DNA of 64,000 nt from an uncultured Gammaproteobacteria bacterium (GCA_964550105.1 CAZJWN010000001.1:1413-65412); one strand, 5' to 3'; shown: positions 27,380 to 36,798, counted from the first letter of the stretch. The notes: generated from the sequence alone by a model not told the origin. Made by a program: numbers and translations.

Positions 27380-29029
27380 TTACATTTGCTTGAAGAGGTC
27401 TTTATTGTCTAGGCGAAGATACACATCCTCATGGACACTGATCCCTCTCACTACACTTTTACACTCGACCTTTGCCTCAACACAATTCACATATTTTCCT
27501 TTCATCCAGTCGAGGAAAAATGCGCCAAACTCATTTGCGGGTGTTTGAAAAATTGATGACTCGTGATGAAAAATGATCATCTTTGGATTTGCGTTTTCCA
27601 TCTCGTACAAAAAATCATTCTTCAAGAAGTCATTCTCACGAAACTGGGGAAGGAGTGATGGATACTTGCCGGCAGTTTGCCCATTTTTTACAAAAAATGC
27701 ATGATGTGCTTCAAATGGTCCTATCCAATACGTATCACTTGGCTCAATCCAGCGAGTAGCGAAATCTGCAATATCAGAAATATTGGCCGTTGGAGGTAAC
27801 ATGCCCATATATCGCTGGTAGCGTATGCTAAGAGTATTTTGAAACATAAACGCGAGTGAAAACGCAAAATACATAAGCAAGAAGAAACACACGATACTCC
27901 GCCAAAATTTGACAAAGAATGATTTTGTATCGAGATCGTACAGAAGCTGATAAAGTGCAAATGCAGCACTTATCGTACCCATGATGATAAATAGGCCCAT
28001 TTGATAATCTGTTTGTTTCATATCGACAAACTGACTACTACGAGGAGCTGAAAAAGATAGTAACGCCAAGTAGATCAGTCCAAATAATGGCTTTTTGTAG
28101 CACAGATACAACGCAGTCATCAGGGTACCAAGCGCAACCAGTCGAGTGATCGGACTATAGAATGACAGATACGCAAGCTGACTCAATAGGGGTAGGTATG
28201 ACTGCCAAAAGTTATTGATGACTGTCAAGGCAAATCGAAGTGGATTGAAAGAGCTTGTGACTGCTGAATAGTTGGTTATGTTGATATAGAGCTTAGTATT
28301 GTAGGTAAAGTTCGCAAACCAAAAATCGTTTGCTGTTCCTGTTATCAGTAAGTAAAGCGCATAGAGGACGTATGGTGCACTGACTACAATCATGAGTAAC
28401 AATACTTCTCGCATGCGATGAGCACTATGTACGGTCCTGTGCATGTGCATGTTGAGAGTGAGTAACCCAATCCATGCATACATGATGAGACCGATATATA
28501 CATATGATAATGACGAAAAAATCATGAGTGATATAAGCCAGGTGATGCCGATTCGTATCCACCTGACGTGTGTCGGGTAAAAAGTTTCGAGCAGTAAAAG
28601 CCAAATCGCTCCCGAAAAGAACCAAACCGCCAGAGAGTCACCAAGAAATAGATGAAGCCAAAAATACATTGCGGCCGAAGCATACAATACCGCCCATAGT
28701 GCATATATGAGTGCAAACCTAGGATATTTTCGAATAATCAAAAGTCCAAGAAGCACTACTCCAACAGCTTGGATCAAGCCCCACCCAATGCGAAATAAGA
28801 TGTAGTTTTGCTTTGTGAAGAGTAAGATTGCGGATGCGAGATACCATGCAAAAGGCATGTGATGATCGAAAAAATCACGATAGGGCAACTTGCCGAGCGT
28901 GATCGCTCGTCCCCCAAGAATATTAATAAACTCGTCGGGGTATGACACATATGTTGAATTGAGGAAAAATACAAATGCAGCTATACCCAGGAGGGCAATG
29001 CCCAACTTATTTAAAGTGTTAAGTTTCAT
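27380..29029 (-). CDS. Polytopic GT-C-like membrane protein (family C paralog)
   Basis: 549 aa. Loop YPDEFINILGGRAITLGKLPYRDFFDHHMPFAWYL. C-terminal soluble domain of about 130 aa. Confidence 0.6.
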   Translation of the reverse strand: MKLNTLNKLGIALLGIAAFVFFLNSTYVSYPDEFINILGGRAITLGKLPYRDFFDHHMPFAWYLASAILLFTKQNYILFRIGWGLIQAVGVVLLGLLIIRKYPRFALIYALWAVLYASAAMYFWLHLFLGDSLAVWFFSGAIWLLLLETFYPTHVRWIRIGITWLISLMIFSSLSYVYIGLIMYAWIGLLTLNMHMHRTVHSAHRMREVLLLMIVVSAPYVLYALYLLITGTANDFWFANFTYNTKLYINITNYSAVTSSFNPLRFALTVINNFWQSYLPLLSQLAYLSFYSPITRLVALGTLMTALYLCYKKPLFGLIYLALLSFSAPRSSQFVDMKQTDYQMGLFIIMGTISAAFALYQLLYDLDTKSFFVKFWRSIVCFFLLMYFAFSLAFMFQNTLSIRYQRYMGMLPPTANISDIADFATRWIEPSDTYWIGPFEAHHAFFVKNGQTAGKYPSLLPQFRENDFLKNDFLYEMENANPKMIIFHHESSIFQTPANEFGAFFLDWMKGKYVNCVEAKVECKSVVRGISVHEDVYLRLDNKDLFKQM

Positions 29030-29044
29030 AAATTTATACTCCTT

Positions 29045-30328
29045 CTAATCGTTCGGTTTTATTTTCTTATGTACAGAGTACCATTGATACAGATAGGAAT
29101 CCATTTTTCCTTCTTCCCATTCGATCACTTGGCCAGCTTTGACCCGTGACAACATGTCGTCTTTCTGCTTTTGGAAACTATTATTCACCTGAGAGACAAG
29201 CTGTGGTCTGACATTGACATATGCATTTATCAGAACAAAAATCCCAAAAAATGCAAGACAAATTCTCTGATGGGGATGGGGTATATGACGATATAGTAGA
29301 CTGCCCACGTACCAGAGCATTGAAACTATGATTGGAAATTGGAAAAGGTAATAATACTCCGAGATTGTTCCCCCATAAATCGAGTACCCTATTGAAGGGA
29401 TTCCTATGAGAAATATCGCTAGGAATACAATTCTTTTTGTCTGTTCAGTAGATCTGTGAACATATGCCAAAATACCGAACAAGATCACAAATAGGTATTT
29501 TAATATCCAGCCAAACTTGCTTGATATGGTTTTTTCGATCATGATCAAGTTATATGGCAGTCTATGTAGGAAAAACTGCAGATGAAATCCGATAAAGTAA
29601 TTATTCCAAAAGTCTTTGTATCTGTTTGCATCGGAGTTGTGATCTATGATTTCTGCATATATGTTGCCACTCATAAAAACTATCATCACTACAAGCCCTA
29701 GAAGTAGATGAAAGAATGCCACCCTTGTCCTTCCAAAAAATATATATAGTGCAAAGAGCAGTGGTAAATAAAAAATAAAAGAAAAGTGGGAATGAAAATA
29801 TAGCCCAATAAGAGCTCCCAACCATGCTAAATAATATGGTTTTTGCGTACTCATATACCTCATAGCTACATAAAATATCCATAGTCCCACAGCAATTCCC
29901 ATAGTGACATTCCACGGATTGCGGCTTATCTCAGCTAGATATTCATTGAAGCAATACATGTACGTTGCAAATAGTGCAGCTTTGTTTCCAAATAGTTTTT
30001 TGAAAACTACTGCCGCTGATACTAAGTTCACTATGTTGATAACAATTGCATAGTAATGAGCAGCTATAGGATCACGATCAGTCAGAAAATAAAATGGGGC
30101 AAGTGAATAATAATGCAGCACACCAATATGCATGTGACCTATACCCGTTCGAGGACCTTGAAAGTGCAGCTTGCCATCAAGAATATCATTGACTTTTTGT
30201 GCATCTCGGGCTTGGTCCCATCCAAACTCATTCAGTCGGTGGGGTGAGTCATAGAATCGGATGAAAAGTGTCGCAATTATCATCAAGGCAATGGCTATGT
30301 TGACTTTTGAAGAGAACAGTCTTTTCAT
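29045..30328 (-). CDS. Polytopic GT-C-like glycosyltransferase (family A paralog)
   Basis: Loop FGWDQARDAQKVNDILDGKLHFQGPRTGIGHMHIGVLHYY matches the 5795 and 8234 family. ATG at 30328 (MKRLFSSKVNIAIAL...) is preferred; the ORF is open to 30406. Confidence 0.6.
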   Translation of the reverse strand: MKRLFSSKVNIAIALMIIATLFIRFYDSPHRLNEFGWDQARDAQKVNDILDGKLHFQGPRTGIGHMHIGVLHYYSLAPFYFLTDRDPIAAHYYAIVINIVNLVSAAVVFKKLFGNKAALFATYMYCFNEYLAEISRNPWNVTMGIAVGLWIFYVAMRYMSTQKPYYLAWLGALIGLYFHSHFSFIFYLPLLFALYIFFGRTRVAFFHLLLGLVVMIVFMSGNIYAEIIDHNSDANRYKDFWNNYFIGFHLQFFLHRLPYNLIMIEKTISSKFGWILKYLFVILFGILAYVHRSTEQTKRIVFLAIFLIGIPSIGYSIYGGTISEYYYLFQFPIIVSMLWYVGSLLYRHIPHPHQRICLAFFGIFVLINAYVNVRPQLVSQVNNSFQKQKDDMLSRVKAGQVIEWEEGKMDSYLYQWYSVHKKIKPND

Positions 30329-30434
30329 CGACAAGCGAATGTTCAACTTGGGTCTCTGTGCGACATGCAAATGCATGATGGAATGATACATGAATTTTAT
30401 TGACAAACAAATTTATCGCTGCTGCGAACCCACA

Positions 30435-31652
30435 TTATCTGGATTTTCTTTTCCAGGCGGGTGAGACTTTGCGCAAAAAAACTATAGCTATCAGTATGAG
30501 ATTGATGCTGAAAGTAATGAGCATGATTGTCCTTTTGAGCCCAATATCTCCTCCCTGCCCCCACTCTCCTCCTACAACATATGGATGATAGCTCACGAGC
30601 AAGCCAATGTAGAACACTTGCCAGAGCTTCACCAATTCATACAGAAATGGAGTGAATACAAATAGATTGAGGATATACCACGAGTGTAATTCACCAGAGC
30701 CGGCAACGTATGCAATAAGTCCGACTACCCCAAAAAGGGCACAATAGGCAAGATTTTTTTGTGAAAATAGTTTGGTTAATATTTTTTGCTTCGTATTTGA
30801 GAATCGTAATGAAGGAAAAATATATTTTCCAATGAGCAGACCAGAGGGGATTACCATGAGGGGTAAGGTGAAGTATTTAACAAAACCCGATGCAATCATG
30901 AGTATGAGTGCGCGCCACAGATAGCCTCGATGGATACAGTACATACCGATGATCCCAAGGCCCACTGCCACAAAGTCATTGTGCGTACTCATGAGCCCCT
31001 CGACGAGCACCAAAGGAGCAGTGGCAAAAAAGATTGCTGCAGCTGGCTTGATTTTATAAATGCACCAGACTGATAATGCATAAAGGCAAACATGCATACT
31101 CTTAAACAGAAAGAATGCAAGAGAAAATTTGCCCAGACTTAAAAATGACGGGATGAAGCTGATTAACAAATATATCGGCCCGTAAGGATATGTTCGATGT
31201 ATCCAGTGCATAAATCGCAAGTTTTCATCGACAGGAAAATCCATAGCCCGCATGAGATAGGGATTTTTCCCATAAAAAGTAAATATCTTGGCATCAAAGA
31301 TGTAATTGAAGAGATCTCGAGAAAGCGCAGGGTATGAGAAAATACCCGCAATGACTCCAATGATGACAGTGATCATCATCACCTTCTTCAGAGTGAGTGT
31401 GGGAACCTTTCCGATAATCAATAGGTGTAAAGCTGTCAGAAGCGCAATACAGGACAAGTATAGCTGTGCTGACAATGGCCGATCAAAAAGACCTACGGCA
31501 ATCATCCGCTCTCGGAAGATTGCCCAATTGGGGTGATTATAGAGTGTAAAATTCGGATCAATCATCACCCACGTCCACGCAGCACAGGCCAATACAGAAA
31601 TAGCAAACAGGGCAAAAAGTACTTTGTATGTTTGCAAATATCTTGAGGTCAT
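30435..31652 (-). CDS. Polytopic membrane protein, GT87/DUF2029-like GT-C candidate
   Basis: 405 aa, about 11 TM segments. Loop SRDLFNYIFDAKIFTFYGKNPY resembles the D-x3-Y...G-x-NPY loop of polyprenyl-phosphate-mannose-dependent mannosyltransferases. Tentative call. Confidence 0.5.
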   Translation of the reverse strand: MTSRYLQTYKVLFALFAISVLACAAWTWVMIDPNFTLYNHPNWAIFRERMIAVGLFDRPLSAQLYLSCIALLTALHLLIIGKVPTLTLKKVMMITVIIGVIAGIFSYPALSRDLFNYIFDAKIFTFYGKNPYLMRAMDFPVDENLRFMHWIHRTYPYGPIYLLISFIPSFLSLGKFSLAFFLFKSMHVCLYALSVWCIYKIKPAAAIFFATAPLVLVEGLMSTHNDFVAVGLGIIGMYCIHRGYLWRALILMIASGFVKYFTLPLMVIPSGLLIGKYIFPSLRFSNTKQKILTKLFSQKNLAYCALFGVVGLIAYVAGSGELHSWYILNLFVFTPFLYELVKLWQVFYIGLLVSYHPYVVGGEWGQGGDIGLKRTIMLITFSINLILIAIVFLRKVSPAWKRKSR

Positions 31653-32020
31653 AAATAGTCACTTTCATTATACTGCTTGTCCCTTATTTCGCACAGATGT
31701 GTTTCTTAGAGTATTTGTACCCACTTCTCACAAACAAAATCGAATGCAGATTGAACTGTTCTGCTAAAGTAGAGCATTCTTTGCGAGAAAATCAGTATTG
31801 AACTACTACGAGATATTCAGGAGGTCATAAGGCGTGATATGGCGATAGGTCCTCTTGCATATATGAGTGCGCAGCGGCAAACCTATCAAAGGAGAGGTGT
31901 GATCTATCTGCATCGGTCATCGAATATCCAAACACGTTGACCTGTGTACAAAATTCTGGTAGGAATACTCCAAGACCTCCATATCATATAGTGACGGGAT
32001 TGAGTTATAATCTACCTCGC

Positions 32021-32797
32021 ATGATCACTGTCATCATCAACTCGCACAACAATGAGGATCTCATCTCAGACTGTATTGCATCAGCGAGATTACTTGCTGA
32101 AAAAGTAATCGTGGTCGATATGCAAAGTACTGATAGGACCATAGAGATCGCTCGACACCTAGGTGCAAAAGTGCACTCTTTTCCACCATCGAGATATGTT
32201 GAACCAGCACGTATGTTTGGAGTCGATCAGGCTTCTACTGAGTGGGTATTCATCCTTGATACGGATGAGCGAATCACAACAACGCTTGCTGCAGAGATCA
32301 AAGATGCTTTAGCTGGAACTACGAACAAGCATCCGACACATTTCAGGATACCCCGTCAGAATATGTTTGCGCATACTACCTGGCTGAAGCACGGAGGCTG
32401 GTGGCCAGACCACCAGGTCAGACTGATCAAAAAAAATGCGCTGCGCAGCTGGCCTGCACGCATACACTCAACTCCAGACATAACTGGATCATCTGCTACG
32501 CTGAACTCACCCCTCATTCACTATTTTCATACTGATGTGTCTGGCATGGTCAAAAAAACGATTATATTCGAAGATGTTGAGTCAGACCTTTTATATTCTG
32601 CAGGTCGCAAAGTGAGTGTGTTGACTTTTTTCCGCAAATATTGTGGTGAGCTCATTCGCCGACTTATTTTGAAACAAGGCTTCAGAGATGGAGTATACGG
32701 ATGGCTTGAGTCGATATATCAAGCCTACTCCAAGACCATCACCTGGCTCTATGTGTACGAGAAAAAGTATATTACTAGTAGTACTCTAAACAAATGA
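32021..32797 (+). CDS. GT2 family glycosyltransferase (WWPDHQ-type; paralog of 16465-17391)
   Basis: ITVIINSHNNE, VVDMQSTD, FILDTDE, GGWWPDHQVRLIKK. ATG at 32021 is preferred; TTG at 31937 gives the longest ORF. Confidence 0.8.
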   Translation: MITVIINSHNNEDLISDCIASARLLAEKVIVVDMQSTDRTIEIARHLGAKVHSFPPSRYVEPARMFGVDQASTEWVFILDTDERITTTLAAEIKDALAGTTNKHPTHFRIPRQNMFAHTTWLKHGGWWPDHQVRLIKKNALRSWPARIHSTPDITGSSATLNSPLIHYFHTDVSGMVKKTIIFEDVESDLLYSAGRKVSVLTFFRKYCGELIRRLILKQGFRDGVYGWLESIYQAYSKTITWLYVYEKKYITSSTLNK

Positions 32798-33870
32798 AAA
32801 AAATACTTTTGTGGAATCCGTACCTAGACACCTGTGGTGGTGGTGAGCGCCACATGATACAAATATGTCAGTACTACATATCAAAAGGGTATGAGCTGAC
32901 CATCAGTTGGGAAAAAGATATCACTAAAGATCTTGAGCGTAAGCTCAGACTCAACCTACCTCCTCAAATCACCTGGATCCCCAAACTCGCTACATATTCA
33001 CTGTTTCAGAAGATGCTACTTCTGCGGAAATATGACATATTGCTCTATGCGACCGATGGATCGTACTTCTTCTCAACAGCAAAGAAAACTATCTGTTTTG
33101 CTATGGTCCCCAATCGACAGCTTTATCAGATGGATCTCATAAATCGTCTCAAGACACGCGGGTGGCGATGGATAGCCAATTCGAAATTCACTCAAGGAAA
33201 TCTGAAGCGGTATGGCGTCTCAGCACATATCGTCTATCCGATCATCGACGTTCCCACAGACTGTCTCCCTCTCTCCAAGCCAGTCACTGGAACTGCGTTA
33301 ACACTGGTGTCTGTTGGTAGATTCTTTAGACATCTTCATTCAAAAAGGCATGATGTTGCTATCGCATGGTTTGTACATTTCCTCGATACCTATCCCCAAT
33401 ACTCTGGCAGCAAACTGATTCTAGTGGGGGGTCTAAAGCAAGAAGACAAAAAATACTACGATTCGCTGAAAAAGCTTGCAGTCGAGCACCCGCATATCAT
33501 ATTTAAGCCAAATATCTCCTACGAGGAACTGCATCATATTTATCGCACTGGGGATTTTTATCTTCATTTTGCAGGTTGGGGTATCAACGAGAAATCCCAT
33601 CCAGAACGTACAGAGCACCTCGGGATCACTCCACTTGAAGCGATGTCGTATGGTTGCATACCACTGTGCTATGCCAGTGGTGGCATACCTGAGATAGTCA
33701 AAGACGGGGTGACAGGGCACACGTTCATCAGTCGTGATGAACTCTCACAAAAACTAGTCAAGCTCAGTCGCGATCCTACACAACAAGAAAAAATGAGGAC
33801 TGAGGGACTCAAGCTACTCAACAATATGTTCACTCGTGACGCATTCAATCATTCGCTGAGTCAACTATGA
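32794..33870 (+). CDS. GT4 (group 1, GT-B) glycosyltransferase
   Basis: 358 aa. C-terminal EHLGITPLEAMSYGCIPLCYASGGIPEIVKDGVTG signature. ATGA start overlaps the upstream stop. Confidence 0.85.
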   Translation: MKKILLWNPYLDTCGGGERHMIQICQYYISKGYELTISWEKDITKDLERKLRLNLPPQITWIPKLATYSLFQKMLLLRKYDILLYATDGSYFFSTAKKTICFAMVPNRQLYQMDLINRLKTRGWRWIANSKFTQGNLKRYGVSAHIVYPIIDVPTDCLPLSKPVTGTALTLVSVGRFFRHLHSKRHDVAIAWFVHFLDTYPQYSGSKLILVGGLKQEDKKYYDSLKKLAVEHPHIIFKPNISYEELHHIYRTGDFYLHFAGWGINEKSHPERTEHLGITPLEAMSYGCIPLCYASGGIPEIVKDGVTGHTFISRDELSQKLVKLSRDPTQQEKMRTEGLKLLNNMFTRDAFNHSLSQL

Positions 33871-34676
33871 TTTCTGTCATCATCCCCGTATATAAGCAAA
33901 AGGAATTGTTTCTGACGAACCTCGCGCACAATCTACCTTTTTTTTCAGGACACGAAGTCATCATAGTGAACGATGATCCTGAGACTCAAATCAAGAATGA
34001 AGTTGCAAAATTGTTCACCGAACATAGCTGGCCAGACTCTAGCTACAGTCTGGTTGAACACTCAAAGAACCAGGGTTTTTCTGCCAGTGTCAACGATGGT
34101 GTTGCTCGAGCGGCTGGAGACTATATACTCCTCCTCAATACCGATGTGGTCCTGCATGACCAGAGTTGGGAGCGGGCTGAGTCATATCTTCAGTCTCATC
34201 CTCAGATATTTGCAGTTGGTTTTGCTCAACATGAGCGAAACGGTGCCCTAGTAGGCCGCAACGCTATATATTTCAAATCAGGATTGTTTCATCACAAAGC
34301 ACTTTCTTTCAGCACCGAGACAACTGTGCTATCGACCGCATGGGCTGAAGGTGGGTCAAGTCTCTTTAGAAAAAGTATGTGGCGATTATTGGGAGGGTTT
34401 GATATTGCGTATTCTCCTTTTTATTGGGAAGATGTAGATCTGGGATATCGGGCACGGCTCCGTGGATGGGAGAGCGTCTTTGATCCAGCTATCAGAGTAG
34501 ATCATCAGCATGGTGGGACTACGACTGCACACTTTCACACAGATCAAGTCAAATCTATCGCCTACCAACATCAGCTATATTTCACCAAAAAATTTGCAAA
34601 AGGTGCACAGAAGGTCGCCTATTATCTCTATCTGCTCAAGCGGATGCTTGGTCCAAGAAGCGGAACGTCTACTTGA
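33867..34676 (+). CDS. GT2 family glycosyltransferase (WbbL-like)
   Basis: ISVIIPVYK, VNDDPE, NQGFSASVNDG, LLLNTDV, FYWEDVDLGYRARLRGW. Confidence 0.85.
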   Translation: MISVIIPVYKQKELFLTNLAHNLPFFSGHEVIIVNDDPETQIKNEVAKLFTEHSWPDSSYSLVEHSKNQGFSASVNDGVARAAGDYILLLNTDVVLHDQSWERAESYLQSHPQIFAVGFAQHERNGALVGRNAIYFKSGLFHHKALSFSTETTVLSTAWAEGGSSLFRKSMWRLLGGFDIAYSPFYWEDVDLGYRARLRGWESVFDPAIRVDHQHGGTTTAHFHTDQVKSIAYQHQLYFTKKFAKGAQKVAYYLYLLKRMLGPRSGTST

Positions 34677-34682
34677 GTAGAC
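34667..34682. other. Palindrome GTCTAC-TTGA-GTAGAC containing the stop codons of both convergent, overlapping genes
   Basis: The plus-strand TGA (34674-76) lies in the loop. The minus-strand TAG (complement of 34669-71) lies in the left arm. Confidence 0.9.
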
Positions 34683-35322
34683 TCATCATGATAAATACGT
34701 ATATCACCCGAACGACCATAGCTGAAAGAAGACTTTTCCTTTGGAGGAATACAAAGGTGACTATGAAACTGAGAAACACCTCAGCAACCATAGCATAGAG
34801 AAGCCGGTCGCCAAATAAGCTGGGCATAGTCATCACCCGTGGGATACGCAAGAATAGATGGAGGATGCTCGACTGCAACAATGTTTTCATGAAGTTTCCT
34901 GTCTCCTCATAGATGCGTACTGCTATCAATCCACGAGAAAGTATTTCTTCTGTTATTGCGGTGGCTGTTGCGAGGATGAGGATCAGTGGGATATCGTGAG
35001 CAGTTGATCTGCCGGTGAAAACCAGTATGAGATAAAACACAACGAGTGGTACACATATCAACCCCGCGTAGATGAGATCTTTACGCCAGTGTGTGAACCT
35101 CAACCAAATGCTATGAAAAAATACCTTGTGTTCGTAGTTGACGATGAAAAAATACACGGGCCAAATAAAGACAAGCGGCTTGAAGATCAACTCGTCAAAT
35201 ATGAGTGGAGCCTCGCGACCTATGGTACCGCGGTATACAGCCCAAATAGCCAATATGATTCCCCACACATTGAAGGCTCTCTGCGTAGGTGAGACTGTGC
35301 GCGTGGACATGGCCCACATCAT
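34669..35322 (-). CDS. CPBP family intramembrane glutamic endopeptidase (CAAX protease-like)
   Basis: 217 aa, multi-TM. Motif 1 TEEILSRGL (EExxxR) and a later conserved His region SILHLFLR. Confidence 0.75.
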   Translation of the reverse strand: MMWAMSTRTVSPTQRAFNVWGIILAIWAVYRGTIGREAPLIFDELIFKPLVFIWPVYFFIVNYEHKVFFHSIWLRFTHWRKDLIYAGLICVPLVVFYLILVFTGRSTAHDIPLILILATATAITEEILSRGLIAVRIYEETGNFMKTLLQSSILHLFLRIPRVMTMPSLFGDRLLYAMVAEVFLSFIVTFVFLQRKSLLSAMVVRVIYVFIMMSLLK

Positions 35323-35358
35323 AGCAATCTCACAAGATATTCACAAGCTGATCATCGG

Positions 35359-36798
35359 TCATTCGAGGTAGTCGCGGAGTTTTCTCGCACGAGTCGGGTG
35401 TTTGAGTTTACGGATAGCTTTGGCTTCGATCTGACGGATGCGCTCACGAGTGACTTTGAACTCTTTACCCACTTCCTCGAGTGTTTTTGACTTTCCATCT
35501 TCTAGACCAAAGCGCATGATGAGTACTTTCTGCTCACGAGGTGATAGCGTCTCAAGCACATCGGTGACGGCCTCTTTCAATAGCTCCCTACTGACACGAT
35601 CATACATGGTTGGCTGACTTGTATCTGCTACAAATTGTTCAAGTGTTGCCTCTTTATCCTCACCTACTGGTGTTGAAAGACTCTTGGGTTGCTGTGATAT
35701 CTTGACAAGATTTTCGACCTCCTCCACAGACATCTCCATCTCCTTGGCAATCTGTTTGAGTTCAGGCTCTTTGCCAAGTTTTTGCGCAAGTCTTCGCTGT
35801 GTTTTATAAAATCGATTTATCTGGTCCACCATGTGTACTGGAATACGGATTGTTCGAGACTGATCTGCGATGGCGCGGGTGATAGCCTGTCTGATCCACC
35901 ACGTAGCATATGTTGAAAACTTGAACCCTCGTTTCCAGTCATATTTTTCGACACCACGGATCAGACCTTTGTTACCCTCTTGGATCAGATCCAAAAATGA
36001 GAGTCTGCGACCAAGGTATTTTTTTGCTATAGAAACTACGAGTCGTAGATTGGATCGGGTCAACTTTTCTTTGGCTACGAGATCACCTTTGGCGTATTTT
36101 TGTGCAAGTTCTACTTCTTGTTCAAAAGTCAAAAGAGGTGTCCGCCCAATTTCTTTCAGATATTTTTTGATGGGATCAAGAGATTCTCCATGTCTGACGA
36201 CCACCAATGATTCGAGTTCTTTTTCTATATCTTCAGCTGACTTAAACACGTCAGAATCATCACGAGTGGAAATCGTTTCAAATATGTCGATACCTTTCTC
36301 AAATGCCTGGATGAAAAACTCGTCAACCTCATCTATACAGGTCTCTGGCTCAGAAAATACCATGAGTATGTCGTCCTGGACAAGAAAGCCGTCATCCTTG
36401 CCTTGGATGAGTAGATCGCGCGCTTGCTTATGGAGTTTGACGGGCGCATGTATTGTAGGTTTGCCTACATGGATGGGTGCCACGACTACGATCGTCTTTT
36501 TCTCTACGATTGTTTTGGCTTTTGTTGGTGTTTTTACAGCGATTTTTTCCTTATTTTTTGGCTTTTCCGTGTTCTTGTTTTTAGGTACGATAGTCACACG
36601 AGTGGGCTTGGGTGCGGTCACTTTTTTTCCTATTTGAGCGTTTTTTCTGGTAATGCCTTTTTTTGCTTTTGCAGTAGTTTTTGCTGCTGTAGTTGGTTTC
36701 GCTGAAGATTTTTTTGTTGGCATACGCTTTGGTATAGATCCTGCAGGGGTAGCCTGAACATCCGCCACATCAAATCGGGCATAGCGTTCAACGCTCAA
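35359..36798 (-). CDS. rpoD: RNA polymerase sigma factor RpoD (sigma-70 group 1) with a lysine-rich N-terminal extension
   Basis: Region 2: [12 protein letters not shown]..., [44 protein letters not shown]. Region 4: [33 protein letters not shown] start at 36798; an alternative ATG lies at 36723. Confidence 0.93.
   Translation of the reverse strand: MSVERYARFDVADVQATPAGSIPKRMPTKKSSAKPTTAAKTTAKAKKGITRKNAQIGKKVTAPKPTRVTIVPKNKNTEKPKNKEKIAVKTPTKAKTIVEKKTIVVVAPIHVGKPTIHAPVKLHKQARDLLIQGKDDGFLVQDDILMVFSEPETCIDEVDEFFIQAFEKGIDIFETISTRDDSDVFKSAEDIEKELESLVVVRHGESLDPIKKYLKEIGRTPLLTFEQEVELAQKYAKGDLVAKEKLTRSNLRLVVSIAKKYLGRRLSFLDLIQEGNKGLIRGVEKYDWKRGFKFSTYATWWIRQAITRAIADQSRTIRIPVHMVDQINRFYKTQRRLAQKLGKEPELKQIAKEMEMSVEEVENLVKISQQPKSLSTPVGEDKEATLEQFVADTSQPTMYDRVSRELLKEAVTDVLETLSPREQKVLIMRFGLEDGKSKTLEEVGKEFKVTRERIRQIEAKAIRKLKHPTRARKLRDYLE

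Noticed and set aside
31653-32020. A hidden structured RNA gene (RNase P, tmRNA, SRP, 6S, tRNA) or a 34-aa small ORF (ATG at about 31696) in the largest intergenic region. The regions 19066-19233, 20842-21130 and 59907-60081 were also scanned.
   Set aside because: No hallmark motifs were seen: no GGTTCGAAT-type T-loop, no RNase P AAGTCCGG block, no tmRNA tag frame. The small ORF has no supporting signal. Without covariance-model tools I cannot support an RNA call.
35870-36637. Long antisense ORFs opposite well-supported genes: 255 aa opposite rpoD, 7528-8130 opposite the GT2, 12339-12959 opposite a GT-C gene, 52648-53205 opposite rpoC, and 1299-1811 opposite the ABC permease.
   Set aside because: Each lies entirely within a gene that has strong family motifs on the other strand. 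Their translations are low-complexity Ser/Arg/Thr-rich with no recognisable domain, as expected for shadow ORFs.
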